From contig OX597827.1 in the NCBI GenBank assembly GCA_951406725.2, forward strand, positions 18,600,001 to 18,664,000: a stretch of DNA of 64,000 nucleotides, read 5' to 3'. Position 1 is the first letter of the stretch; each line of letters starts with the position of its first letter. A model generated the notes under the pieces. That model had not been told where the DNA came from. It did no database searches and saw nothing but the letters and a program-made list of their open reading frames with translations. The position numbers were made by a program, and so were the translations under genes. The DNA is from Octopus vulgaris. Its lineage: Eukaryota. Shown here in pieces: positions 26,494 through 40,275 of the stretch.

Positions 26494-26910
26494 GATCTTT
26501 TCGGTTTGAACGGCAGTTTTTTCTAGCGGTGTTATATGAAATTGTCACCCATAATTATGACCCTAGTATCGATCTATTGCATTTCAATCTATTTTAGGGT
26601 TAAGGTTAGGGGTGGGGAGAAGGGTATCTTTTTTTCTTCACAAATGTAAATAAACCCAATCTGTTTCTTAAACGAGGGACATATTCATACGGCACAATGT
26701 TTTTTTTTACCTCAATAGACGTCAGTGATTGGTTGAAATTGCAGAAATTGACGAAAAAAACACAACAAATATGTTACAAACTATAGACTTTTCTCAATAA
26801 AGCCAAAAGAAAAGATGTTTTATAAACACATTCTACCAGGATACGAAATTTAAAATTTTTTAGTTACCTAGAAATTATGTTAAAAACTGCCGTTCAAACC
26901 GCAAAGATCC
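26494..26910. mobile_element. Merlin-like MITE, second copy in opposite orientation
   Basis: Same TIRs and body as 1408-1830. TSD not preserved. Confidence 0.85.
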
Positions 26911-27290
26911 CAGTGTTGTAAACATCCGTAAACGTTTCGTAGAAAAATACCTATTTAATAATATACGCAGTGTTACATTTAAATATATTGTGAGAAACAG
27001 CAGAATCTATACTACCAGGTATTACACAATATATGCCTTAAAATCTTGTGACATTGGTAGCAATGTTTCGCATTCGTAATTTCTTCAGGAGAAATAAAAG
27101 ACTTTTTTTTAGGAACACTGCCGCCATATATAGCCTTCATAGTGACGCAAGACGTTCATGGTGGAATGAAATGGATATGCATTTTATCATATACCGGAGA
27201 GGCGAAAATTAGATTTAAACAAAAGATATATAGACGTAAAGTATACTTAAGAATTATCTTGCATATATATATGTGTGTATGTGTATATAT

Positions 27291-27650
27291 GTGGAGGCGC
27301 AATGGCCCAGTGGTTAGGGCAACGGACTCGTGGTCATAGGATCGCGGTTTCGATTCCCAGACCGGGCGTTGTGAGTGTTTATTGAGCGAAAACAGCTAAA
27401 AGCTCCACGAGGCTCCGGCAGGGGATGGTGGTGATCCCTGCTGTACTCTTTCACCACAACTTTCTCTCACTCTTACTTCCTGTTTCTGTTGTACCTGTAT
27501 TTCAAAGGGCCAGCCTTGTCACTCTCTGTGTCACGCTGAATATCCCCGAGAACTACGTTAAGGGTACACGTGTCTGTGGAGTGCTCAACCACTTACACGT
27601 TAATTTCACGAGCAGGCTGTTCCGTCGTAACCGACGGAGTGCTTCCATGT
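27291..27650 (+). mobile_element. SINE family C
   Basis: Head gtggaggcgcaatggcccagtggttagggc...ggtttcgattccc. Confidence 0.8.
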
Positions 27651-27659
27651 TTGTATATA

Positions 27660-27875
27660 CTCTTTACTCTTTTATTTGTTTCAGTCATTTGACTGCGGCC
27701 ATGCTGGAGCACTGCCTTTAGTCGAGCAAATCAACCCCAGGACTTATTCTTTGTAAGCCTAGTCCTAATTCTATCGGTCTTCTTTTGCCGAACCGCTAAT
27801 TAACGGGAACCTAAACACACCAGCATCGGTTGTCAAGCTATGTTGAGGGGGGGGGGGGCAAACACATACACACTA

Positions 27876-27932
<57 letters not shown>

Positions 27933-28088
27933 CGACGGGCTTCTTTCAGTTTCCGTCAACCAGATCCACTCACAAGGCTCTGGTCGGCCCGAGGCTATAG
28001 TAGAAGGCACTAGCCCAAGGTGCCACGCAGTGGGACTGAACCCTGAACCATGTGGTCGGTAAGCAAGCTACTTACCACACATCCACAT
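27660..28088 (-). mobile_element. SINE family A
   Basis: Full-length copy. Confidence 0.85.
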
Positions 28089-28090
28089 TA

Positions 28091-28134
<44 letters not shown>

Positions 28135-28224
28135 GTGTGTGTGTGTGCAACAGTAAATAATTAACAATTTTATGTGCTCCCCTTCAGTCGCATTTACACA
28201 ATCAATGTTGCAATTATTCGAAAC

Positions 28225-28351
28225 ATATACGTTTCGTTACAGAGTTGCTTGATGTTGTAAACAATCGTAAATATTCTGCAGATAATAGTGTTAAGTCAAT
28301 CATGTGTGCAGCCATGCGTGTAACTATACGGCGAAATAACTTCGTCTGTAT
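28225..28351 (-). ncRNA. Degenerate hammerhead motif with long stem-II insert
   Basis: ATA-CaGACGA-A-GTTA...(about 100 nt)...TAAC-GAAA-CG-TA-TAT. Confidence 0.4.
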
Positions 28352-28467
28352 TACTTAGACATTAAACAAAAACAGCGCCGCCATAAGAAACACTACATAC
28401 ATACATACATGTATACATCTGTGTGTGTTCTGTGAGTGTGTGCGTGTGTGCGTGTGTATGTATCGTT

Positions 28468-28502
<35 letters not shown>

Positions 28503-28685
28503 TTTAGATATATACACTCCCACGCGCGCACGTATCTATCTTTGTTTTGTGAATACTAGTATTATTCTATTTTGCATGTATATCTTTACATGATGTATAT
28601 TAAATTACACCATTTTAACTATTATATAAATATATCTACACAGAGAGAGTGAGAGAGAGAGAAAGAGAGAGAGAGAGTGAAGGAA

Positions 28686-28726
<41 letters not shown>

Positions 28727-28749
28727 TATATATATATATATATAATTAC

Positions 28750-28808
<59 letters not shown>

Positions 28809-29243
28809 TATACATATATATATATACATACAGATATACGCGTATATATATATATAAATATATATGTATATATATATTAATACGTATATGTATATGCATA
28901 TATATATGTATCAATGTATATACATATATCTATATATCTATATATATCTACATGTATATCTACAGTATATATATCTATATCTCTCTCTCTCTATTTTTTT
29001 TTATATATATATATATATATATATGTTTTTGTTGAAATGGAAAGATGAATTTTCTTGTTACAGATTATTCAAAAGTTTAACCGATACCTGGGTAGCAAAA
29101 ATCACAGCAGAAAAAAACACGGTTGGAGATAAGACCATATGGTGTTGCAACCGTGCGTTGGTGCAGATAATTGAAGTTTAATATAATTAGTGAATGGAAG
29201 AAATGGAGTTGAATGAAGATTGTACAGAATACCTTTTATTACA

Positions 29244-29323
29244 TTCTACACATGTTTCAAAGGCCACAATTTTCCAAATTCTGATTAAATAAGGATACCA
29301 TATTGCAGCTTTCTCTTCAGGAA
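29244..29323 (-). ncRNA. Hammerhead motif with extended stem II (cleavage triplet mutated to GUG)
   Basis: TTC-CTGAAGA-GAAAGCTGCAAT...ATTGTGGCCTTT-GAAA-CATG-Tg-tagaa. Shares the aaatggagttgaa flank with 53020-53100. Confidence 0.55.
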
Positions 29324-29394
29324 AAACCAGGAATTACGTTGTCAGAACAAAACAAAACAGAGGCGCAGCAAAGCACTTCCAACGAGGACGTCCT

Positions 29395-29730
29395 CAGTGC
29401 GTAACTGGTACTTAATTTATAGACCCCGAAAGATTGAAAGGCAAAGTCGACCACGGCGGAATTTGAACTCAGAACGTAACGGCAGACGAAATACTTATTT
29501 CTTTACTACCCACAAGGGGCTAAACACAGAGAGGACGAACAAGGACAGACAAACGGATTAAATCAATTATATCAACTCCAGTGCGTAACTGGTACTTAAT
29601 TTATAAACCTCGAAAGGATGAAAGGCAAAGTCGACCTCGGTGGATTTTGAACTCAGAACGTAACGGCAGACGAAATACCGCTAAGCATTTCGTTCGGCGT
29701 GCTAACAATTCTGCCAGCTCGTCGCTCTAA
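29395..29730 (-). mobile_element. SINE family B, partial tandem dimer
   Basis: Family B head, plus a second unit joined at the same junction. Confidence 0.8.
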
Positions 29731-29789
29731 GAGATCCAAATATTGACAAACCTATCATTGATGCAAAAAACATCAAACAAAAAGCAAAG

Positions 29790-30292
29790 ACAACTGGAAA
29801 GAAGACAACTCTTGCATGGAAAATACCCTAACCGCCTGTCCAAGCCAGAAATTGATAAAAATCTAAGACACCAATGGCTAGAAGGGATAGGTCTGAAAGG
29901 GGAAACAGAAGGTTTTGTTATTGCAGCGCAAGATCTGAGCTTACCTATCAGAAACTACCAAGCAAACGTCCTTAAATGTGGATCGGACCCCTCGTGCAGA
30001 AATTGCGGAAAATTTAGAGACAATTGATCATGTTGTTTCTGGCTGCCCAGTCCTCGCTGAAAAAGAGTACCTCATAAGACATGACAGACTAGGGCAGTAC
30101 ATCCACTGGAATGCTTGTAAATACTACAAAATTAAATCCCATGATAAGTGGTGCAGGCACCATCCAGAGGGTGTAGTAAATGGCGAGGGCGTACTCACTC
30201 TTTGCAACTTCCCTGTACAAACAGAAAAATTGACTCCAATCGACCAGACATTGTGTTTAAGGACTACAACAGAGGAACTTGTCTCAAGATAG
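29790..30292 (+). mobile_element. R4/Dong-like (RLE-type) non-LTR retrotransposon fragment, frameshifted
   Basis: LHGKY..WL...LKGETEGFVIAAQD...CRNC..ETIDHVVSGC (CCHC), RHD, NRPDIV. Confidence 0.85.
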
Positions 30293-31479
30293 GAAGCTGC
30301 ACGCTAGGGAGAGAGGGCACTGTCGTTCACGCAGTGCCGACCCTGGTGTGCTGATATAAGTTAGTGGTTTGTTTTTTACTCCGTGTGTGTTGTACTTAAA
30401 AACGTGTTTATATTCTTAAATGTGATAAAAAGTCTCAAGAAAAGAATTTGCTAGAAATAACAGCTAAATCTCCCTCGCACTATGCTTATTATGCTCGCAC
30501 ATTCTAGAAATGAAGGACACATGAAATAATGTTGTCCTACATCTTCAATAAAAATACAGAATGACTCATTCTGGTCTGACCTGGGTTTAAACTGAAAGGC
30601 ATTCGTTCGAACGAATGTAGACACAGAAAAACTTCCACGAAATATATGTATAATATATATGAAAAATATATGGAAAACATGTAATATATTAAGACAACGA
30701 TCTCCTATAAAATTTTAATTGATAAAAATAAATTTTTATTAAAACAAAACACGCGGCCGATGTAACTCTCGTTGTGTGAACAATCAACACAACACAGCGT
30801 ACGGGTGATGTGAAACACGACACGTGCGGTTGTCATGGAAACAAGCTGTTGCTGTCTGTTGATTGGCTAAAATTCCCCAAATTTTCCCTACTTTAATTCC
30901 AAATAACATCAGATTCTTTAATTTACGAGATAAAGTAATTGGTTGATCGTAATCAGAATTCAGAGTTGCATCGATACACCAGAATTGGAAGCAATCTGAG
31001 CAAAATTAAAGGGGGGTGGTTATGTGAATCAGTTTAGCTAGATCGGCAGTATTTTGTCCGGGTCTGAGTTGAGAATCCAAATTCGCCAAGGTGTATTTAG
31101 GTGGGAACACAACCTGTTGCCCAGTTTAACAACACTGTAACGTAGAAGCTTGATTGCTTTTATCGAAGCCCCACTTTGTTGTAAGCATTCTGGCCAGGCT
31201 TCTGGTTTGAGGATATATTACCCGCTCCATCCTATCAGTGTCGGATGATGCCCTGTAAAGGGTCATGGGCTCACTGTAGAGCACAGCAATGGTGGGACGC
31301 CAGGTGAGTGGGTTGGAGCAACGTGAAACAAGGTGTTTTGTTCAAGAATACAACGCATCGCCCAGTTCAGGAATCGAAACCACAATCTTACGATCAAGAG
31401 TTCAATACTCTAACCACTAAGCCACGCGCCTCCACAGTAACACAACGCCGCCACCATCTATACCGCAACCGCCAACCAT

Positions 31480-31541
<62 letters not shown>

Positions 31542-31890
31542 TACCGCCACCACCATCAAAACCAACACTACCATCAAAACCAACACCACCACGACCATCA
31601 CCATTTCTGATATTCAAAGAGGTTGTGTGTGGGTTTAGGGATATTTTGGCTGCTATTTCTGGCAGGTTGAGACATCATGTAAGGGCTTCTTCATTGAATT
31701 GATCACAAATCAACCATCACCCCCTCCCCCCCCCCACCTCTCTCTCTCAAGTTCTCATCATCTTCGGTGACTTCAGTGCATACAACTCTTGACACTCAAT
31801 TCACTCTCAACGTCATCGCTGACCGACCCCGAGGACAAAATGTCTACCCTCTTAACTTCTGCACTAGTTTACTCTCTCTTACTTTCTCTC

Positions 31891-31952
<62 letters not shown>

Positions 31953-33039
31953 CTATACTCGTGACCATTCACGACGCCATACCGTTGGCTGTACACCGGC
32001 TACTACTCTTGACCCGAGCCAACGACATTGTCGCTATTTGATCACTCGACATGGTTAAAATAGCAGCCAAGTCCCTCTCAAACTACGCCACACCCTACCA
32101 AATAAGGAAACAGAAAGAACATTCTGGTTATTGAGTGCGTGAGAATGCGCGTGAGCGCGTGCGTGTGCGCGCGTGCATGAGTGTCCGTGCGTGTGTGTAT
32201 GTATGTGGGTATGCGTGCGCCCGTTAAACCTCTTGTCTATTATCCTTTATCTTTTCCTTGTGTCAGTCATTACATTTCGGCCATGCTGGGGCAACGTATT
32301 GGAGAGTTTAATCTAAGACATCGATTCCAGTACTTACTACGTCCGTTCTAATACCGAACCGCTAAGTTATGAGGACGCAAACTAATCAACGCCGGTCGTC
32401 AATCGCTGTTGGGAAATAAATAGCGCAAAGATACACATACAGGTGTAGGAGTAGCTGTGTGGTAAGTAGCTTGCTTACCAACCACATGGTTCCGGGTTCG
32501 GTCCCACTGCGTGGCACCTTGGGCAAGTGTCTTCTACTATAGTCTCAGGCCGACCAAAGCCTTGTGAGCGGATTTGGTAGACGGAAACTGAAAGAAACCT
32601 CCTCGTATATATATTTCTTTACTACCCACAATGGGCTAAACACTGAGGGGACAAACAAGGACATACAAACGGATTAAGTCGATTAGATCGACCCCAGTAT
32701 GTAAATGGTACTTAATTTATCGACCCCGAAAGGGTGACAGGCTAAGTTGACCTCGGCGGAATTTGAACCCAGAACGTAACTGCAGACGAAATACGGCTAT
32801 GCATTTCGCCCGGCATGCTAACGTTCTGCCAGCTCGTATATGTGTGTGTGTGTGTTTGTGTGTCTGTGTTTGTAGTTCGTAGCTACACAATATCTGAATG
32901 AAGAAGCCTTGGTCACGGTTGAACTGCTTTCGGTTGTAGAAGCGGATTGGTTTAAGTCAAGATATGGCGGATATCCGGATTACAGGGTGTTTTGCGCTAA
33001 ATCTGGAACAGCTTCATGTATTGGTGAACAGTCAACGGC

Positions 33040-33535
33040 GTCATCATCATCATCATCATTGTTCGACCGTGATCGAGACAATGGAATTTTCCATGCTACG
33101 CCAGACTTCACGGTCCATCATAGCATTATGGATGTCCTGTTGCTGGATGCCTGTATCCCTGGAGATTACATCAGGGTAGGAGAGTGTGCGCCCTCTGGTA
33201 TCGCGAGTAGATGGCTTCCAGAGGAGAAGAGTAGGAATTGCCTCGTTTTCAGCTCTACAACAATGTCCAGCAAACTGGACTCTCCTACCTTTCACAAGAG
33301 ATGACACAGGTGGTAGTTTCCCATATATTTGCATTTTGGTTGGATGACGCTTCCATGAGAGATTTTGAGCTCTCATAATGAGGCGAGTGTAGGTTCCATC
33401 TAAGTGCTTCTCAAGCTTCTTTGATAACGTCCAGGTTTCTGAGCCATATAATAGAACTGGTTCGACTGTGGCTTTGAAGATTTCAAGTTTGAAGTCTCTA
33501 CTAAGATTTGATGACCAGATCTTATGCATATCATA
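33040..33535 (-). mobile_element. RTE/RTE-X LINE 3' fragment with (TGA)n tail
   Basis: KIWSSNLSRDFKLEIFKATVEPVLLYGSETWTL...FAGHC...AMMDREVWR. Confidence 0.85.
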
Positions 33536-33738
33536 ACGGCGTAGGAGAGCATAAAGATTAGATTTGTAGTTGATATGGACGACTGAAAGCCATCTGAATA
33601 CTGGAAAAGAGTTACCTGCATGGTGATGATTTGCGCCAGGTATCAAAATGCCGACATCACGACTGCTTACAGTGCTCTGTAAACACTCTAAAGGCTGTAA
33701 GACGTGATACAGATAGCTGCATCAAAATCCTTCCCCAC

Positions 33739-33901
33739 AGGCGTAGGAGTGGCTGTGTGGTAAGTAGCTTGCTTACGAACTACATGGTTCCGGGTTCAGT
33801 CCCACTGCGTGGCACCTTGGGCAAGTGTCTTCTACTATAGCCTCGGGCCGACCAAATCCTTGTGAGTGGATTTGGTAGACGGAAACTGGAAGAAGCCCGT
33901 C

Positions 33902-33953
<52 letters not shown>

Positions 33954-34172
33954 ATATGTTTGTGTGTATGTGTCCCCCTCCCCAACATCGCTTGACAACC
34001 GATGCTGGTGTGTTTACGTCCTCGTAACTTAGCGATTTGGCAAAAAGAGGTCGATAGAATAAGTACTAGGTTTACAAAGAATAAGTCCTGGGGTCGATGT
34101 GGTCGATTAAAGGTGGTGCTCCAGCATGGCCGCAGTCAAATGACTGAAAAAAGTAAAAGAGTAAAAAAGAGT
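33739..34172 (+). mobile_element. SINE family A
   Basis: Full-length copy. Confidence 0.85.
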
Positions 34173-34229
34173 AAGCGTACATATTTGAACAGGATCTTAG
34201 ACTCAATTCAGAAGGTTGTGTGATGCTAC

Positions 34230-34610
34230 TAGAGATTGTGTTCAAATCCTGGCCGGAGAGGGTTGCTGCTGAACGGCCATTTGTGTGGCAGCAGGGTTCG
34301 GCTACTTACCACACCACCGGAAAGTGTCAAAAATAGCTGTCAGGAAATTTCTACAGCTTTGCCAGCCCCAATTTCTGGCCTGCTAAATCCTCCGACTATA
34401 ACTCTATGGATTACTCTATGTAGAACGCTATTCAGAATGATAAAAGTCACTCTGCCTTCGATACCAAGCCGAGTTGGTGTCAAGATCAAGGAGGTGTTCG
34501 GTTCGAAGATCATCCAAAGGTCAAATTGAGGCACGTATGCGCCAGGTTCTGGAGCCGTCTTGAAGCTGCGAGTGAAGCTGAGGGTAGCTACTTAGAGTAA
34601 ACTGTTATCT
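34230..34610 (+). mobile_element. Degenerate Tc1/mariner-superfamily transposase remnant
   Basis: NFWPAKSSDYNSMDYS resembles the WPxxSPDLNPxDY motif. Confidence 0.5.
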
Positions 34611-34776
34611 CCCAACTATAATTTAGTTGATATTTTTTGATTTTTTAAATTTTCGAGATATCGTGTTTTCTTTTCTTGTTATGCAAACTGTCAAATGCAA
34701 CCCAAAGACTCTGCATAACACCAAAGAAAGCTGGAGGAAAGAATGGAGTATGAAACCGTGCTAGTGTAACTAATAA

Positions 34777-35085
34777 TCACCGTGACCGACCAGGCTATCA
34801 GATGTTGTTACACATCGCTGGTCACAATGCGCTTCGCATTCTTTTTGCCTTCAAATGACGCCACCCCGCTGGCTAAGCGAGCAGGCCAACAGAAAAAAGA
34901 GTGAGAGAAAGCTGTGGCGAAAGAGTACAGCAGGGATCGCCACCATCCCCTACCGGAGCCTCGTGGAGCTTTAGGTGTTTTTTTTTTCGCTCAATAAACA
35001 CTCACAACGCCCGGTCTGGGAATCGAAACCGCGATCCTACACCCGCGAGTCCGCTGCCCTAACCACTGGGCCATTGCGCCTCCAC
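34777..35085 (-). mobile_element. SINE family C with RTE-like tail
   Basis: Head matches 27291; tail is similar to 18001-18066. Confidence 0.8.
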
Positions 35086-35664
35086 AATAATCAATATGTT
35101 CATAGAAAAAAGAAAAACAGTTAAGAATTGCAGAAACTTAGCTCTGGTGCGGTTGAACTACCAGTTACTGAAACTACACCACACAGGTAAATTATCAAGG
35201 TGTTACAAACTCCGGTAGGTGATCCTCGGCAGCAAATTACGAATTGGTGCACCGTGTTACTTCTCTAATACCATGTATTACCAAAGAGGAATCCTGCAAG
35301 GCGATATTTTGTAAGTAGCGCTCTTTCTCATCTCATTAAACTCGTTGCCATATCTGCTCAAGTAACAGTTTTTACAGAAACATGTCCTACTTTTTGTTTG
35401 TAAAGGATCTGAAATTGTACGAGCCAAGTAATGTCGTTTTTCTTTATCTCGAACCCTAGAACTCACAAGGCTGGTTACCCGTTTCCATGATGTTTAAGTG
35501 ACCGAGGGCATAACATTTCCTCTTGAACAGGGCGCCGGTCAGTTCAATTATCATTAACCACGTGGGAAAGTAATCGGATCTTACCTCCATAGTTGGTTGG
35601 CATCCTTTTTGTCTCGGGAGACAATGGAGTTGCGCATAAAATAATCTAGTCCGGCTTTTACATT

Positions 35665-36162
35665 TCATGTTCTAATATATTTCCTGCTGTGGCTGTGTAG
35701 TCCTCTCCTGGACAAACACTCCCTCTAGCAGGTACCGCAAATGTAGCGAAGATTTTGCCTGACTGGTTGTAATGTGATAGTTTCTTGTTGATGTCTTTTC
35801 TTGTCTTTCCATTTCTCCTCTCTCTCTCTGTCACTCCTTCGTGTTCCCTCTTTTACGTTACGTCGCCAATCTCCACGGTTGCTGACAGCTGCCTCCCAGT
35901 TGCTAATATTGATGTTGCAGGCCTTCATGTCCCTTTTGCAAACATCCTTGTAACGTAAGAACGGTTTTCCCACAGACCTAGTGCCCCTAGGCATCAAATG
36001 GCAGAATCATGTCCCCAACAAAGATGTCCTCAAGCAAGCAGGAATACCAAGCATGTTTGCACTCCTCACACAAAGACGCATGAGATGGCTTGGACATGTT
36101 AGCCGTATGAAAGATGGCAGAATCCCCAAGGACATACTCTACGGAGAGCTTGCTAGGGGCAC
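35665..36162 (-). mobile_element. RTE (BovB-like) LINE 3' fragment with inverted 5' segment
   Basis: Plus strand 35987-36162 reads LGIKWQNHVPN...RWLGHVSRMKDGRIPKDILYGELARGT; the protein continues on the minus strand as GTRSVGKPFLRYKDVCKRDMK...YICGTC. Confidence 0.85.
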
Positions 36163-36325
36163 CTCCATAGTAATTCGAATGAAATTTGGTGAGTCCAAAA
36201 TAGGTTGTGTGTGTGTGTGCGTTTGCGTGTTTGTGTATGTGTGTGTGTGTGTAGGGGGTGCGTGCGTGGTTAATAACATTTTGACTCAGTTCCAAGCTAC
36301 CTGAAGTTTCGTAGAAGTAGAACAT

Positions 36326-36520
36326 TTCAATTCAATTCAATTCAATTCAATTTTTATTGGCTCAAAAAGTAAAAGCAAGGCCATGTAGGGGGACAGGGAG
36401 TTATGTACAGGGAGGGTGGTCATACAAAGAGTTCAGGCCATTTCTGGTCAAGAGAGACTTTGAACCGAGCGGTCGTCGGCATCTTCCTTATCTCGTCCGG
36501 CAGCTTATTCCATGTTCACC
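36326..36520 (-). mobile_element. CR1/L2-like LINE 3' end with (TTGAA)n tail
   Basis: WNKLPDEIRKMPTTARFKVSLD followed by aataaa and (ttgaa)n. Confidence 0.6.
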
Positions 36521-37058
36521 TCATCAGATGTGCGGAGCCAGAGCAGACACGTAACTCCCATCAAGTGTGCTGAGAGCTTCTTTATTTCATTTTTTACGCT
36601 CACTCCTTTATACAAGTATGTACACTCGTGTAAGTATGTATGTAGGAGGGGATGCTGAAAAGTTCCCGGCTCTAAGAGTACCGCAAAAAAACCTCAAATT
36701 TTATTTAATTTGATTTTCGCGGGAAGGAAAATTTCATTGAAGACATGTATCGCCTTGACCTTCGAAACGTGGAGTTGATGAAATTAAAGCGACTGAAGAA
36801 GGGGAATTTTCCTTGCTTTGTAAGTCCTGTACTCTATTTTTTCGTTGTTTTAAAAAAATGTCCATTTCCTTGGTTTTGTGTTTATGTTTTCGTTTCTCAT
36901 TGTGTTCGACGTTTTTTTGGTGTCCTGTACCCATATATGCATGTATATATACATGTAGAGGTAGGTACGTACATATATGTATATATATATGCATATATTT
37001 TATTTATTTATTAATTTATTATATGACAGAACGCACGCATCCCTTTCTAAGTAAGATT

Positions 37059-37140
<82 letters not shown>

Positions 37141-37241
37141 TATATATATGAAGTTGCAAAACTGCAATATTTTAAAAAGAAATAAGTCCACGTTTCTCAA
37201 GCGAACTTCTTAACCACTTACCTATGCTTGTATACATACGC

Positions 37242-37314
<73 letters not shown>

Positions 37315-37441
37315 AACACATACACACAGACACAAACACACGCACTTACACACATATAACCCAGTTTCGATGTGCATGTGTACGTGTATGTGCGTGTGTG
37401 CGTGCGTGCGTGCGTACGTGCGTGTGTGTGCGTGCGCGCGC

Positions 37442-37476
<35 letters not shown>

Positions 37477-37973
37477 GCGTGCGTACGTGTATAGGCATAT
37501 CTCGTCTCAAAGCGTGTGCGATTGAATATATGTCCGTGTGTGCGCACACGCTTATATGGGTGTGGGCATCTAAAAAGCGATCTATGAATTACGAGGGAAA
37601 ATAGGAACAGTGCAGAATAGATAGCTAATTACTGTACAGAAGGCATAACATACAGCACAGGTTTGTTCTTGATAGCAATGTGCACACCCTTAGGTGTAAC
37701 ATGTGTTCTCTGTTATCTTTCTCGATGTTGATATGAAGGAATATATATATACATGTGTGTGTGTGTATATGTGTGTATTATACATATATATATGTATATA
37801 TACATACATACATATATACATATATACATATATGTATATATTTATATATATACATATATATATATATATACATACATATATATACATATATGTATATATA
37901 TACATACATATATGTATACATATACATATGTGTATATATATATACATATATAAGCATATATGTATACATATAC

Positions 37974-38012
<39 letters not shown>

Positions 38013-38102
38013 TAAGCATATATGTACGTCTGTCTCTCTCTCTCCCCCTCTCTCTCACTCTCTCTCTCTCTCTATATATATATATTTATATATACGCACA
38101 CT

Positions 38103-38150
<48 letters not shown>

Positions 38151-38213
38151 TATATATACATACATACATATATACATATATAAGCATATATGTATGTCTG
38201 TCTCTCTCTCTCC

Positions 38214-38274
<61 letters not shown>

Positions 38275-38848
38275 CATACATGCATACATCACCCATACAT
38301 ACATGCGTACGAAGCATATGCGCATGAGCATTTTTGCCTATCTACACACGTGTGTGTGTGTGTATGTTTGTGCGTGTGTGTGAGTACGTATGTATACACC
38401 CACACGCACACACACACGCGCACACAGCATCATCATATCAGGATATGCACACGTGTGTGCGTGTACCTGTGGAGGCTGGGGGGTGGAGGTAGAGCGATGT
38501 TGAGTGATGCGCAGCCCTTTATCGCGGATCTGATCTTGGGGGTTAATCAACAGTTGGAGCACTTCAAAGAAAATGGAAACAACTTTTTCAGTCAACCCCA
38601 GATCCCGCCCGTTCGCCTTATTAAAGATTAAATGGTGTAGTAGTATGTGTTGCAGTGTGGTGTGGTAGTGGTAGTGGTGTGGTGCACGGTATGGTGTAGT
38701 GTTGCGCGTTGTTACGCGGTGTGCCGCGGCGCGGCGCGGCGTGGTGTGGCGTAGCGTGGCGTAGCGTGGCGTTACGTTACGTTCGCTGATTCGATGCGAT
38801 ACGATGATGTGGTTGTTTGGAGTTAGCGCCAACTCTTTAACTAACTAG

Positions 38849-38849
<1 letters not shown>

Positions 38850-38889
<40 letters not shown>

Positions 38890-38890
38890 G

Positions 38891-38958
<68 letters not shown>

Positions 38959-38995
38959 ACTACTACTACTACTACTACTACTCCTGCTTCTGTTG

Positions 38996-39034
<39 letters not shown>

Positions 39035-39130
39035 CTGCTTCTGTTGCTATTACTACTACTACTACTACTACTACTACTCCTGCTTCTATTGCTACTACTA
39101 CTACTACTACTACTACTCCTGCTTCTGTTG

Positions 39131-39209
<79 letters not shown>

Positions 39210-39225
39210 AACTGCTACTGTTGCT
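38850..39225. repeat. (CTA)n microsatellite with a recurring ctcctgcttct(g/a)ttg interruption
   Basis: Direct reading. Produces the poly-L pseudo-ORF. Confidence 0.9.
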
Positions 39226-39583
39226 ACCAGTTAAAAGCTCCGTATACCGGAAGCTAGCAAGTGTATGGGGTCATCAGGAGAGAATGCGCGCCGTTTCGGG
39301 GCCTACCTCTCGACGGCATCAATGCGCACCGATATGAGGCCCCTCACTGATATGAGGCCCCTCTTGCTATTAGAGTTATTATCATCATCATCATCATCAT
39401 CATCATCATCGTTGTTGTTGTTGTTATTATTAGTAGTAGTACTGGTCTTATTATTATTTTTAATAGTAGTAGTAGTAGTATTAGTAGTAGTGGTGGTGGT
39501 GGTGGTCGTCGTCGTCGTCGTATTAGAGTTATTAACATTAGTATTAGTGGTGGTGCTATTAGTATCAACATTTTACCTCAGCT

Positions 39584-40275
39584 TCACTTCGATCTTCGTT
39601 GGAAGAGAGGAAAGTTTGTAGCTAGGTAAACTCTGGTTGTAGTGCTAGGGTTGCGAGTGTGATGTATGCTATCAATGACGGTCTTAGCGTTTTCGTGGCT
39701 TTGACCTATGCTATGATTATATATATTTAGGTAGAAGGAATTACGTTTACGTTTATTGAAAGAGGTAACAATAGATTCCATATTCAGTGGAGAGGAATAG
39801 GATAATTTTATGGTAGATCTATTGAATTTTGGATGGTATTTATGGTGACGTGGCAAGTTAAAGTCTACTATTTGAAAGTCGGTTTTGGCTAAGCCCTTAA
39901 CGTTTACGTTTATTGAAAGAGGTAACAATAGATTCCATATTCAGTGGAGAGGAATAGGATAATTTTATGGTAGATCTATTGAATTTTGGATGGTATTTAT
40001 GGTGACGTGGCAAGTTAAAGTCTACTATTTGAAAGTCGGTTTTGGCTAAGCCCTTAACGTTTACGTTTATTGAAAGAGGTAACAATAGATTCCATATTCA
40101 GTGGAGAGGAATAGGATAATTTTATGGTAGGTCTATTGAATATTGGGTGGTATTTATGGTGACGTGGCAAGTTAAAGTCTACTATTTGAAAGCCGGTTTT
40201 GGCTAAGCCCTTAACGTTTAAAGCGAATGGGGATGTAAGCCAGAGAATCGATCTACCCCCGCTTTTATTAGGCAA
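39584..40275 (-). mobile_element. PLE RT-to-EN linker fragment, with a 157-bp segment triplicated in tandem
   Basis: RSILWLTSPFALNVK...FNLPRHHKYHPIFNRPTIKLSYSSPLNMESIVTSFNK resembles the PLE motif IIWFNPP..HKIFNRNTVKVSYS. Units start at about 39741, 39898 and 40055. Confidence 0.75.

Noticed and set aside
27055-27092. Minus-strand CTGAAGA...GAAAC spacing like a hammerhead
   Set aside because: Stems I-III do not pair convincingly and there is no NUH site in register.
27291-27370. tRNA-like sequences at SINE heads
   Set aside because: They continue directly into SINE bodies and lack a complete cloverleaf, so they are not called as tRNA genes.
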